DNA from: an uncultured Gemmatimonadales bacterium
GTDB lineage: Bacteria > Gemmatimonadota > Gemmatimonadetes > Gemmatimonadales > GWC2-71-9
Direction: 5' to 3'
Length of the DNA: 64,000 bases
Assembly (NCBI GenBank): GCA_963821525.1
Contig: CAWGED010000019.1
Coordinates: forward strand, 256,001-320,000
Part shown: in pieces, positions 40,885 to 51,481 of the stretch
Layout of the letters: the number at the start of each line of letters is the position of its first letter
Position numbering within the stretch: the stretch's first letter is position 1
The notes under the pieces: model-generated
Told to the model about the DNA's origin: nothing
The model's database searches: none
The model's input: the letters and a program-made list of their open reading frames with translations, nothing else
Program-made: the position numbers and the translations under genes

Positions 40885-41622
40885 ATGTGTGCCCGTATCG
40901 GTAGTAACCCGAGCTCAGAATGGGGTCAGCTCGGCCGCATTACGCTTTTCGTCCTACCGTTTCTCCTTGCATCTTGTTCAGACAGCAGTTCCCCCGCCAA
41001 CAGCATGAACCCTTCCAATGGCCGGACCTACGCCGGCAGGCTAGGCCACCGCAGCACGGTATCCGACAGCGGCGCCACCGAACCGGCCGAAATAGAGCTG
41101 TTCGCACCCGATGACGGCGACCGAGCGGGAACCGACGGAGTCGGCTGGTTCGTAGACATCGCGGTGGAGTTCGATGGGAATCTGAAGAGCACAGGTTTCA
41201 AGGGTAACCAGCTGACTGGCGGCGGAGTTCACAACAACGCCCCACCGTTCCCCGGCAACTTTGGTGTTGGCGCGGATGACAAATTCCCCGGACTAGTCGT
41301 CCTGATCTCGACTACCAGCCCAGCGATAGGCGGATCCTGTCAGAACCTGGCCGATGCCTTCAACCTCACTGGAGTTACCAACCGGGGCGAGGGAGGGACG
41401 GAGATCTGGGATACCTGGATTATTGGCGCGCCATTGTTCGGGCGTAACACGCCGAGCACGATTTGGGTCGCCGAGGTCGCGGACCTCAACCAGAACGGGA
41501 TTCACGACGATGCTCCGGACGTAGTTCCGGACGTGAACCACGACGGAATCTGCGACGCGACCGACATAGACGCGCTGGGATTGGATTCGGAGATTGCAGT
41601 CAGGAATTTCTTCATCCGGTAG
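40885..41622 (+). CDS. Hypothetical lipoprotein, acidic, with DxNxDG-type loops
   Basis: Lipobox LLASC; DLNQNGIHDD and DVNHDGICD; start uncertain. Confidence 0.65.
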   Translation: MCARIGSNPSSEWGQLGRITLFVLPFLLASCSDSSSPANSMNPSNGRTYAGRLGHRSTVSDSGATEPAEIELFAPDDGDRAGTDGVGWFVDIAVEFDGNLKSTGFKGNQLTGGGVHNNAPPFPGNFGVGADDKFPGLVVLISTTSPAIGGSCQNLADAFNLTGVTNRGEGGTEIWDTWIIGAPLFGRNTPSTIWVAEVADLNQNGIHDDAPDVVPDVNHDGICDATDIDALGLDSEIAVRNFFIR

Positions 41623-41660
41623 GCTTCCGCAGGATCCTGCGGGTTTGCTGCAGGAACAGG

Positions 41661-41705
41661 TCGGCCGTCAGCCTCAGGAGGAAGGGCTGACGGCCGAACC
41701 TTTTT
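41661..41705 (+). terminator. Intrinsic terminator between convergent genes
   Basis: 13-bp perfect stem TCGGCCGTCAGCC/GGCTGACGGCCGA followed by ACCTTTTT. Confidence 0.8.
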
Positions 41706-41708
41706 CAG

Positions 41709-42539
41709 TCAACTGCGCGCTTTACGGATCGTCAGAGGTCCGTTGGTTGTGACCACTCGGACTGGAGCGCCTCCCTTGCCCAGGGTCGAATGGATCCGGT
41801 CTTTCATCGAACCCTGGATCGTCACGGTCAATGGCATCGCCACGTCGTACGGTCCATTGACGGTTCCGGTCTCCAACTCTGCGTTGTAGTTCTCCGGCAC
41901 AGCCAGGTCCACCGGTCCGTTTACCGATTCTGCATCCAGACCCTTTCCGTCCCATTTGGTTCCGGCAAGCTTCACACTCAGGGGACCGTTCTGGACCCGG
42001 GCCACGACATCGCCGCCTACGCCAGTGAGGGAGACGGGGCCGTTTTGGGCCCGCAGGTCCATCGTACCGGTCACGCCGTCAACCGAAAGAGGGCCGTTTA
42101 CGGTTTCGGCGGTCAAATTGATCTTCCTGGGAACCCAGACCACGAGTTGGGCTCCCCAATTCTGCCGCCGCCCGGGAGACGGGCCGGTCACTCGAATCGT
42201 GGAACCCGAGATCTCGGTCTTTATGCCCTTTGCCAGTTCTTGTGCCGCCTCGAGAGTGCGCCCACCGGCCTGAACCCGTGTCGTCACCGCAACCGAGTCC
42301 TTGTCCCACCCAATGATTTCGGCTCCCCCGTTCATGTCGGGATCCAGGGTGAGGGAGTTCCCGCTGAGCCGAAACCCGGTTTGGCGGACTTCGCAGACCT
42401 GCTCCCGACTGTCGGAGTCCCAGGTGTTGTGTTCGCAGTCCCTGAGCCAGCGGTTGTCATCCTGGTCCTGGGCAGGGAGAACCGCCGGACTCAGGGCCAG
42501 AGCAAACAGGCCCAGCATACCCCTCGCATTCAATGGCAT
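41709..42539 (-). CDS. Exported beta-strand repeat protein (DUF4097 / putative adhesin family)
   Basis: Signal peptide; repeated TVNGP/AQNGP/VQNGP/SVNGP/TTNGP. Confidence 0.8.
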   Translation of the reverse strand: MPLNARGMLGLFALALSPAVLPAQDQDDNRWLRDCEHNTWDSDSREQVCEVRQTGFRLSGNSLTLDPDMNGGAEIIGWDKDSVAVTTRVQAGGRTLEAAQELAKGIKTEISGSTIRVTGPSPGRRQNWGAQLVVWVPRKINLTAETVNGPLSVDGVTGTMDLRAQNGPVSLTGVGGDVVARVQNGPLSVKLAGTKWDGKGLDAESVNGPVDLAVPENYNAELETGTVNGPYDVAMPLTVTIQGSMKDRIHSTLGKGGAPVRVVTTNGPLTIRKARS

Positions 42540-42804
42540 GGCCTCCTCCTGAGTGATCTCGTGAGAGTGTGGCGGTTGGACACCTGAGGCCCGGAGAGGG
42601 TTGGCTACTCGGGGTCCGGGATCGATGATGGGAACCTCAGGGGGGACGGGGCGGGTTCGGGCGGCCAGGAGGGGCTGCCGGAAAGCGCTCACCCACCCTT
42701 GTCAAGGCGATCCGGGGGATTTGCGGGCTGGCCGTCACGACTCTTGCGGCTGGGGGGCGCCAGGTGATCTTGCTCCGACCCGTTTTCCAGCCTGGAGGCC
42801 GCAG

Positions 42805-44457
42805 TTGACCCGTTGGGAACAGACTACGTCCAAGCTGCTCCAGGTCCTGCGGCTGGAAACAATTCGAAGCAAGCTGCTCGCCTTCGCCGTGCTGGCGAGC
42901 CTCATTCCATCGGTCAGCACCGGTTGGCTCTCCTACGTCCAGAACAAGCGCGCCCTTACCGAGAAAAGCGGCCAGGAGTTGCAGAACGCCGGATCCCAGG
43001 CCGCCCGGGAACTCGATCTCTGGGTCAAGGAGCGGCTGTACGATCTCCGGGTCTTTGCCAGCTCCTATGAGGTTTCCGAAAACCTGGCCCGGCTCCCCGT
43101 CTCGAGCGGCCGTGCCATTCGTGGAAGCCAGACCCAGGAACGGCTGGCCGACTACCTGAATTCGGTCCGGGAGCGGTTCCAGGATTACGAAGAGCTCCTG
43201 GTGCTCGACCCTCAGGGCCAGGTCGTGGCCAGCAGTTCCAGGAGCCGGCGGACGATATACCTCGCAGCCGGTTGGCAGGACGACATTGAGAATGACCGCC
43301 CGGTCGTCGGCGTGCCGCACTGGGATGATTCGTTGAGCAAGCCGGTCATGGTCGTCGCCGTGCCGATCCGTGCCACCGATAGCAGGCTCCTGGGTGCGCT
43401 CTCCGCCCGGCTGAGTCTCGAGCGGGCGGATAACATCCTGCGCCGCTTCGCCCCGGGCGATTCCGGTCAGGTCTATCTCATCGGCGCCAACGCCAACGTC
43501 ATCACCTCTACCCATGCCAGCTCGGGGGCCGTCATGGCGCAGAGCCTCACCAAGGAGGCGATGGATCGGCTCACCGAGAAAGAGGGCGCCGCGGTCGAGT
43601 ATCAGAACTACGACGGCAACGAAGTTGTGGGGACGCTCAACTCGATCGCCGGCCTCGGCTGGGCGGTAGTCGCTGAAATTCCCTCCACCGAGGCCTTTCG
43701 TCAGGTCAATCGGCTACGCAACCTTACGATCCTCATGGTGCTGGCGCTGGTGCTGGGCATCGGCCTGATCGCGTGGCTCCTGGGACTGCTCATCGTCCGT
43801 CCGCTCACTCGCCTGGCCCAGGGTGCCGCGGAGGTCGCGACCGGCAGTCTCGCGGTGGATCTGCCCGAAGTAGGCGGCGGTGAGGTTGGCGACCTCACCA
43901 AAGTCTTCAACAACATGGTTGACCGGTTGCGGGAGAGCCGGGAAGAGCTGGAGCGCCTTTCCACCCTCGACGGACTCACCGGCCTCGCCAACCGGCGCCA
44001 TCTGCTGAGCCGGCTGGCGCTGGAATCGAGCCGGGCCAAACGGGGACATCACATCTTCGCCGTGTTGATGGTAGACGTAGACCACTTCAAGGAATACAAC
44101 GATTCCTACGGTCACCTGGCGGGAGACGAAGTTCTGGTACGAATTGCGGAGATTCTGCGGGAATCCTGCCGGGAGGTGGACTGCGCCGCGCGCTACGGGG
44201 GCGAGGAATTCCTGGTCCTGCTCACCGAGACAGGGATGGAAGGGGCGGTCGAAGTAGCGGAGCGGGTCCGAGCCAGGCTTGCCAGCGAGACTTTCGCCGG
44301 GGGAACGATCACGCTGAGCGTGGGCGTCGCATCATATCCCGAATTTGGAGAGACTCCGGAGGCCGTCATCATGAGCGCCGACGTGGCGCTCTACCAGGCG
44401 AAGCACATGGGTCGTGACCGGGTCGTTATGGCCAGCCTGAACAAGGTGGAGGACTAG
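42805..44457 (+). CDS. Membrane diguanylate cyclase (Cache-HAMP-GGDEF); start uncertain
   Basis: Two TM segments, HAMP (RPLTRL..EVGDLTKVFNNM), DGLTGLANRR, REVD.AARYGGEEF. Confidence 0.88.
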   Translation: MTRWEQTTSKLLQVLRLETIRSKLLAFAVLASLIPSVSTGWLSYVQNKRALTEKSGQELQNAGSQAARELDLWVKERLYDLRVFASSYEVSENLARLPVSSGRAIRGSQTQERLADYLNSVRERFQDYEELLVLDPQGQVVASSSRSRRTIYLAAGWQDDIENDRPVVGVPHWDDSLSKPVMVVAVPIRATDSRLLGALSARLSLERADNILRRFAPGDSGQVYLIGANANVITSTHASSGAVMAQSLTKEAMDRLTEKEGAAVEYQNYDGNEVVGTLNSIAGLGWAVVAEIPSTEAFRQVNRLRNLTILMVLALVLGIGLIAWLLGLLIVRPLTRLAQGAAEVATGSLAVDLPEVGGGEVGDLTKVFNNMVDRLRESREELERLSTLDGLTGLANRRHLLSRLALESSRAKRGHHIFAVLMVDVDHFKEYNDSYGHLAGDEVLVRIAEILRESCREVDCAARYGGEEFLVLLTETGMEGAVEVAERVRARLASETFAGGTITLSVGVASYPEFGETPEAVIMSADVALYQAKHMGRDRVVMASLNKVED

Positions 44458-45236
44458 CGCATAGCCTCCGGGCCCCGGCCCACCAGGTTCCGCATCACCC
44501 ATCCTGCCCGGCCGTTCTCTGCAGTCACCCGAATCCAGTTGTCGGTGTAGGAGTATCCGGTTACCGAGATTCCCGCTTCCACCGTGAAGAGGACTTTGAA
44601 GTTGGTCCCCGGTCCCTCCCGGACATTGCTGCGGCGGACCGTCTGCAACCGAACCGGTGCGGTGAAGGTTGATTCTCCCGGTCTCGCCCCGTTGCCGTTA
44701 CCGCTAAGTCTTCCTTTCGCAGCGCTGGCGAGGCGCTTGGTCTGGGTCGCGAGGTAGAGCGAACCGGCATAGTTCTGCTTGTTGAATTCAGCGCCGCTCT
44801 GCTTCAGCAGTTTGGTCGCCTGCGCCAATTCAGGGGTCGCGCGCTGACCACCCGCGGTTTTGAGCGACTGAACCGCGACTTCTGCTTCGGCGAGTCCCGA
44901 TGCGGCTTCGGCCTTGGTCGCGAGAGTCTGCAATTTGGCCATCGCACGCACGACTTCCTGCCGAGTTTCATCGAGCCGGGTCTGCAACTCTTCGATCTGC
45001 GCGTCCCGCTCGAGCAGAGCCAGCTCTAATCGCTGGGCCCGCTGCTCCAGCTCGACGTCGCGAATCCGGACCGTGTCAGGGGGGAGAGTCACGGGAGGGG
45101 GAGCAGGAGTCGGCCCTACTGGCGGACTGCTTTCTACCGGAGCTACCGCGACCTCGGGCTTCTTACTGGCGCAGCCAGCAAGAGCGCCGAGAGCCAAGGC
45201 GAGCGAAGCGCGTAACCCCAAGAGAGAGTGTGACAT
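44454..45236 (-). CDS. Lipoprotein with coiled coil and C-terminal SH3b domain
   Basis: Lipobox LAGC; NVREGPGT.F.V, W.RV....GRAGWV. Confidence 0.8.
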   Translation of the reverse strand: MSHSLLGLRASLALALGALAGCASKKPEVAVAPVESSPPVGPTPAPPPVTLPPDTVRIRDVELEQRAQRLELALLERDAQIEELQTRLDETRQEVVRAMAKLQTLATKAEAASGLAEAEVAVQSLKTAGGQRATPELAQATKLLKQSGAEFNKQNYAGSLYLATQTKRLASAAKGRLSGNGNGARPGESTFTAPVRLQTVRRSNVREGPGTNFKVLFTVEAGISVTGYSYTDNWIRVTAENGRAGWVMRNLVGRGPEAMR

Positions 45237-45333
45237 GGATCCACCCTCCTTCCCACTCGGGTGGGCGCTGCTCGTTTAAGGTTCTGGGGGAAAGGCCTTT
45301 CCAGACCCGAAATGAGCAAGAGGGGTGCCGCAA

Positions 45334-45702
45334 CTACCTGTTGTGCTTATAGATGAGATCTACCAGCTCATCATACATCGCCTCGGCCTCGTCATCGCCT
45401 GCCCGGATCGCGGATGCGGCGCAGTGCTTCAGATGATTCCGCATCAGTTCCCTGCCCACCGAGCGGAGTGCTTCCTGCACCGAGGAGATCTGGGTGAGGA
45501 TATCGGCGCAATAGCGATCCTCCTCCACCATCTTCTGCAGCCCGCGGATCTGGCCCTCGATCCGGCGGAGGCGCTTGCCGTTCCGCTCCTTGATGTCGGG
45601 ATCTACTCCGCGGGCCTTGCGATACGTCGTTTCATCACCGGGCAGAGGGCAGCTGCACATGATGTTCCCGTCGTCGCGAGAGTGATTGCGTGAATGAGAC
45701 AT
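45334..45702 (-). CDS. csoR: Copper-sensing repressor
   Basis: RLRRIEGQIRGLQKMVEEDRYCADIL.Q, NHLKHC. Confidence 0.92.
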   Translation of the reverse strand: MSHSRNHSRDDGNIMCSCPLPGDETTYRKARGVDPDIKERNGKRLRRIEGQIRGLQKMVEEDRYCADILTQISSVQEALRSVGRELMRNHLKHCAASAIRAGDDEAEAMYDELVDLIYKHNR

Positions 45703-48055
45703 CAGGCTACCCGTGCCTGGCGCAGCCGGAGGCTGTTGCTGACGACACTGACTGAGCTGAAGGCCATCGCGGCACTCGCCAGCACGGGGCTCAAGAGGAT
45801 TCCCAGGCCGGGATACAGCACGCCGGCCGCTACCGGAATACCGATCACGTTGTAGATGAAGGCCCAGAACAGGTTCTGCTTCATGGTGCGCACGGTCCGC
45901 CGGGAAAGCTCGATCGCCTGCACCGCGCCACGAAGGTCGCCCCGCATGAGAACCACATCGCCGGCCTCGATCGCGACGTCGGTCCCGGTCCCGATGGCAA
46001 TACCGACGTCGGCCTGCGCCAGGGCCGGCGCGTCGTTTATCCCGTCTCCTACCATCGCGACGACCCGGCCGGCCGCCTGAAGCCGCTTGATCTCCTCCAC
46101 CTTCCCTTCCGGCAAGACTCCGGCGACCACTCGCTCGATCCCTGCCTGTTTCGCGATCGACTGCGCGGTCCCGGCGTTATCGCCGGTGACGAGAACAACC
46201 TCGATCCCCATCCGCCTCAGGCCGGCGACTGCTTCTCGAGAGCCTTCCTTGATCGGATCGGCAATCCCGATGAGACCCAGGAGTTTCCCTCGGCCCGCGA
46301 CGAACATCAGGGTCCTCCCCTCGCTCGCGAGCCGGATCGCGGCCTCCTGCATCGCGACGGTCTCCACTCCACGCTCCTTGAGCAGGGCCTCGCTGCCGAC
46401 GAGGAGGGAAATCCCATCCACGGTTCCCGAGGCGCCGCGTCCGGTCACCGAGCTGAACTCACCAGGATCACTCAGGGTCAAGCCACGATCGCGCGCGGCC
46501 CGCACCACGGCGGCCGCGAGGGGATGCTCGCTCAATGTTTCGAGGGAGGCCGCGAGCCTCAGCAGATCGGTTCCATCCTGGGCGCCTCCGCCGACCACGA
46601 GAACGTCCGTAACCCGCGGCTGGCCTTCGGTGACTGTCCCCGTCTTGTCGAGCACCGCCATGTCCACCATCCCGGCGCGCTGCAGGGTCTCTCCTCCCTT
46701 GATCAGTAAACCGAGCTGGGCTGCCCGGCCGGTCCCAACCATCACCGCCGTGGGGACCGCGAGACCCATGGCGCAGGGACAGGCAATGATGAGCACCGAC
46801 ACCGCCGCGGCGAACCCGCGCACCGCAGGCGCCGTGTCGGCGGCAACAAACCAGATCACGAACGTCGCGATCGCAATCGAGACCACGATCGGCACGAAGA
46901 TCCCGCTGATCCGGTCGGCGAGCGCCTGGATCGGTGCGCGTGAGCCTTGGGCCTCGCGCATCAGCTTAACGATCTGGGAAAGGACGCTGTCAGATCCGAG
47001 CGTCGTGGCTCGATAGCGGAACGCCCCGGTGCCATTGAGGGTCCCGCCGATCACCAGCGAGCCGGTTTTCTTCTCCACCGGAAACGATTCGCCGGACAGC
47101 ATGGACTCATCCACCGCACTATGGCCCGAGAGGACCTGACCATCCACCGGGATTCGCTCTCCGGGACGGACCAGGACGGTGTCGCCCTGAACCACCTGAT
47201 CGATGGGGATCTCGCGCCCCAGCTCGCCTTCCCGCGCCACTCGCGCAGTCCTGGGCTGGAGGTTCACCAGGGCGCGAAGCGCGTGGGCCGTCTGCCGCTT
47301 GGCCCGAGCCTCGAACGCGCTGCCGGTGAGGATCAGTGCGATGATGATGACAACGGCCTCGAAATACGTATCGGGTGAGAGACCCGCGCGCGAGGAAGAA
47401 CCGCGGCGTAAGCACCGCCAGGCAGGAATACACGAACGCCGCTGCGGTGCCCAATGCGATGAGCGTGTTCATGTCCGCGGTGTGATGCCGGAACGCAGTC
47501 CAGGCCCGGACATAGAACTGCCGCCCGCCCCAGAGCATGACACTGACCGTCAGAAGTAACAGCGCGTAGGCCAGACCCCGCGGAGGCAGCGTGTAAAGCC
47601 AGGGGAACAGCGCTTTGAAGCACCGGACTCAGTGAATGCATGACCCAGCGCATGAAGGGATCCGCGACCACGGTCTCGTGTCCTGCGGCAGCTGGTGCCA
47701 TCAGAGGCAGCGACAGGATCATCGCGACGACCGCGGCAATCCCACTGACCATCGCCTTGAGGCGCAGACCCCGAAACTCCTCGTCGATGGCCCGGTCACG
47801 TGCCGCCTGCTCCTCGAATGCCGTGTTCGCCGAACCGGGGACTTCCGAGTCGTATCCGGTTTCCCTGATGGCCTGCACCAGTCTCTCGGGCGTGGTTGCG
47901 GTCGGATCGAAGGTCACCGCGGCGGTGTTCAGAATCAGGTTGACCGACGCATCTACGACCCCCGCCTGCTCGGCCAGCGACCGCTGCACCCGTGACTGGC
48001 ACGAGGCACAGTGCATCCCCGTCACTCGGAGCTCGATCGTTTCGGTGGCTGCCAT
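45702..48055 (-). CDS. copA: Cu(+)-translocating P1B-type ATPase; frameshifts near 47375 and 47605
   Basis: [44 protein letters not shown]. Confidence 0.93.
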
Positions 48056-48059
48056 GGGC

Positions 48060-48467
48060 TTAGCGGGCTGAGTCGGAGATCGATGCCGAAGGCTCGGCGA
48101 TGATGCTGCCTCGCAGCATGCTCATGCCGCACATGAACTCGTACTTCCCCGGTTTGGGCGGGGTGATCTCAATCGGCGTGGTCTTGCCGGTGGGAAGAAA
48201 TTGCCGGATACCGAAATCGGGGAAGACAACTTCTTCGGAGCAGGGAGACGTGTCGCGCCGGTCGAAGAGCAATCGGACCGGTTCTCCTGCAGGAACCTTG
48301 ATTAACGCCGGTTCGTAGCCTCCATCGACCGTGATCCTCACCTCGCGGCTTCCGCCGGAGCCGGCCGAAACCGCCACCCGCCTCCGCCCCGCGACCAGGA
48401 AATACCAGTTAACCCATGTGATGGCCGCCAACCCTCCTGCCACCACCAGCCACTCGTTGCCTGACAT
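48060..48467 (-). CDS. Membrane-anchored cupredoxin-domain protein (CupA-like)
   Basis: TM helix, ITVDGGYEP, CSEEVVFPDF, YEFMCGMSMLRG. Confidence 0.88.
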   Translation of the reverse strand: MSGNEWLVVAGGLAAITWVNWYFLVAGRRRVAVSAGSGGSREVRITVDGGYEPALIKVPAGEPVRLLFDRRDTSPCSEEVVFPDFGIRQFLPTGKTTPIEITPPKPGKYEFMCGMSMLRGSIIAEPSASISDSAR

Positions 48468-48497
48468 GTACCCTATCCTGAAAAGCTGACCTGACGG

Positions 48498-48526
48498 ATC
48501 TTATATACCCCCTCCCCCTATGTCAA
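48498..48526 (-). promoter_or_regulatory. Sigma70 promoter with probable CsoR operator in the spacer
   Basis: TTGACA-TAGGGGGAGGGGGTATA(17 nt)-TAAGAT upstream of cupredoxin-copA-csoR. Confidence 0.78.
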
Positions 48527-48548
48527 CGAGCCCGAGACTCTGCCGAAA

Positions 48549-49557
48549 TCACGGCATTGATCGTATAAACCTCTGGGAATTCTTGGGTGGCGTCCGTGGG
48601 CTCAGCTGCTGGACGTCCCGCGAACCATGAACAGCGACGCCGCCTACTAGACCAGTGATGAGATTGGCGGCAAAGTAGAGCAGGCTGAAGGTCACGATCT
48701 CGGCCGGCGGAATACCCGAGCCGCTCAGGAGGAGCAGCCACGCGCCTTCACGAACGCCGAGGCCGTTGAGAGTGACGGGAAGCATCGCGAACGCGGTCAC
48801 CACGGGAACCGCGAAGAACAGAGTCACCGGCGCGATCGGGAGGTGCATCGCCCCAGCCAGTACCAGCCAGAGCAGGATGTACAATCCCTGCACGACGAAT
48901 CCGAGCGCGATCGCGGCCATCAAGGAGCCCGGAGTACGGGCAAGCTCCCGTACCAGGTGAACCGCGTCGTTCACACCCTGCCGCAATTGCGGTGACTTCC
49001 GCCCGAACCAGACCGCCGCCACTATCGTTACCGCTACTGCAACACCAACGAAGGAGTAGGCCCTCCCCAGGCAATTTGAGCCGCGCCGCCTCGAACAGAT
49101 GCTGTGCGAAGATCGGAGCCAGGGCAGCGGCAATCAACGCATAGCAGACCATCGCGAACATCCCCATCGCTCGATCGAGTAGCACACTCGCCACGACCCC
49201 GCCTGGCCGGGATGTCTCACGCGCCGCCGCCAGTGCGCGTACCGCATCTCCCCCAACTGCTGTGGGTAGAAAGAGCGAGAAGAAGCCACCGATCACATAG
49301 AGCCGGGCGAGATATCGCCAGGGCGGGCTCCCCGGGCCCAGAATCACCTTCCACCGCAGGGCCGCGATCGACTGGCCGCTGAGCAGCAACAGGGCGGCAC
49401 CGAATACACCGGCCAGAGTGCCGGGACCCAATCCGCGGCCGATCGTCGGGAGTCCCATCCGGCTCAGGATGAGCGCGAGTAGACAGACCCCGACAACCAG
49501 CCGGAGGGCAAAACGTGCTCCGGGAGTCAGTCGCGATCCGCCCGCGGATCCACTCAT
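48549..49557 (-). CDS. Lysylphosphatidylglycerol-synthase-TM (flippase-like) membrane protein; frameshift near 49050
   Basis: ALRWK, FFSLFLPTAVGGDAVR, LDR, MLPVTLNGLGVREG. Confidence 0.85.
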
Positions 49558-50513
49558 CCGGAGGAATCGTTGCTGTCGGGGGAATCCAGTCGAGCCAGGC
49601 GGTAGGGACGCCGGGTTGGCGCGCTCAGGTGTACGATGATCTCCGCGACCAGTCCGAGGGCGATGGATTGGATCCCGAGTGCGAGGAAGAGCGTGCCGAG
49701 CAGCAGCGCAGGCCGGTTGGCGATGCCCACGCCGCCGATGCGTTGCACCAGCAGGATTGCGAGCAGGATTGCCCCGATGCCGCCCAGCACCAGTCCGATC
49801 AAGCCGAAGAACCGGAGCGGGCGCTCGGTAAACCGAGCCAGGAAGTAACTCCCGAGCAGGTCCACCGCCGCGCGCAGGTAGGCGGCCGGCCCATAGAAGC
49901 GAAGGCCCACGTCCTCCGGATGCTGCTGGGCCGGCAGCTCCACGACCTCGAATCCTTCGCGCTGCATCAAGGTTGGGAGGAAACGGAAGAAGTCTCCGTA
50001 GATCGGGGTGTCGAGCAGCGCATCGCGACGCAGCGCCGCGACTCCGCAGCCCAGATCGTGAAACCGGTTTCTCGTGACCGGCCGAGCGAGCGAGTGAAAG
50101 AGCCAGCGCCGAGCCCGGTTGGGGAGCGGCTCTCGCCGCCCCACTCGAGCCGCGAACGCCGCATCGGCGCCCTGATGTACTCTCTCGACGAGACCGGGGA
50201 GGTACTGAGCTTCGATACGCCGGTAGGCCGGGAGCACCAGCAGGAGGTCGTTCTTGGCCTCAGTTGCTCCTACCCGGGTCAGCATCGCGGGTCCCGCGGG
50301 CTGGGCCAGTCGCAGCACTCGTACCGGTTCCCCGCTCTTCCGCAGGACCTCCGCCTCATCCGCTTGTGCCGCGTGAGATGGCGCCGCGACGAAGAGGAAT
50401 TCAGGATCCAGGCCCGCCGCGCGGAGCGGATCCAGATATTCCTTGCATAGAGGGCCGAGAGGATCGCACCGTTCGTGCAGCGGGATGATGACCGACACGC
50501 CGGTCGGTTTCAT
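49554..50513 (-). CDS. GT2 glycosyltransferase (degenerate ArnC-like) with C-terminal TM helices
   Basis: VSVIIP, HDLGCG, YGDFFRFLP, RPLRFFG. Confidence 0.8.
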   Translation of the reverse strand: MKPTGVSVIIPLHERCDPLGPLCKEYLDPLRAAGLDPEFLFVAAPSHAAQADEAEVLRKSGEPVRVLRLAQPAGPAMLTRVGATEAKNDLLLVLPAYRRIEAQYLPGLVERVHQGADAAFAARVGRREPLPNRARRWLFHSLARPVTRNRFHDLGCGVAALRRDALLDTPIYGDFFRFLPTLMQREGFEVVELPAQQHPEDVGLRFYGPAAYLRAAVDLLGSYFLARFTERPLRFFGLIGLVLGGIGAILLAILLVQRIGGVGIANRPALLLGTLFLALGIQSIALGLVAEIIVHLSAPTRRPYRLARLDSPDSNDSSG

Positions 50514-51481
50514 GCCGCTTCCCGGGCCAGAGGAATCTCCCGCGCCACTCGACGCCCGTAGCGGCGGACCGCGCCTTCCGCCATCAAGCCGAGGATGAGC
50601 AGGTAGACTGCAAGCCCGAACCAGACGATGGCGACACTGGGGAAGACCAGTGCCTCGGCCTTGACCGGACGGAATGCGGCAACAGCGATGACCTCCGCGA
50701 CGAGCGCGGCCAGGCTGAAGAACAGAGCAACGAGCGCCGCTCCGGCGAAAAGGTGCAGTGGCCGGCCTCTGAAGGATCGAATCATCACGATGACCAGGAG
50801 ATCCGCCAGGACCTTCGCGATGCGGGAGAGACCGTACTTGCTCTGGCCGAAGCGACGGGCATGGTGCCGAACCGGCATCTCGGTAATCCTGGCCCCTGCG
50901 GTGGCCGCGGCGACAGCCGGAATGAAACGATGAAGATCGGAATAGAGATGAAGCCTCTCCACGACCGGCCGGCGAAAAGCCTTGAGCGAACATCCGTTGT
51001 CCCTGATGGGCACTCCGGTGGCTTTGCGAATCAACCAGTTGGCGATCATCGAGGGGAAGCGCCGGGTGAGCCAGACGTCCTGACGGCGTTCGCGGTATCC
51101 CGCCACGAGGTCGTACCCCTCATCGAGACGAGCCACCAACAGCGGGATGTCGGCGGGATCATTCTGCAGGTCGCCGTCCATGGTGACTATGACGTCGCCG
51201 CGAGCGCTCGCGAAACCAGCCTGCATCGCCGGGGTCTGTCCGTAGTTCCGGGCCAGTCGCACCAGGCGTACCCTCGAGTCCTGCGCCACGGCGGCACGGG
51301 CGCGGTCTACGGTGCTGTCGCGGCTTCCGTCGTCAACCAGGACAAGCTCCCAGTCGTGCTCGGGGCCGAGAGCCTCCTGCACTGCCTGCACCAGCCGCTC
51401 TACCGATCCCTCTTCGTTGTACAACGGCACGACCACCGAAAGGCGAGGCCGGTCCAGGTCGTCGTTACTGGACGACTTCAT
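50510..51481 (-). CDS. GT2 polyprenol-phosphate glycosyltransferase (ArnC/Ppm1-like)
   Basis: LSVVVPLYNEE, VDDGSRD, TMDGDLQNDP, DNGCSLKAFR, LHRFIP, GQSKYG. Confidence 0.9.
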   Translation of the reverse strand: MKSSSNDDLDRPRLSVVVPLYNEEGSVERLVQAVQEALGPEHDWELVLVDDGSRDSTVDRARAAVAQDSRVRLVRLARNYGQTPAMQAGFASARGDVIVTMDGDLQNDPADIPLLVARLDEGYDLVAGYRERRQDVWLTRRFPSMIANWLIRKATGVPIRDNGCSLKAFRRPVVERLHLYSDLHRFIPAVAAATAGARITEMPVRHHARRFGQSKYGLSRIAKVLADLLVIVMIRSFRGRPLHLFAGAALVALFFSLAALVAEVIAVAAFRPVKAEALVFPSVAIVWFGLAVYLLILGLMAEGAVRRYGRRVAREIPLAREAA

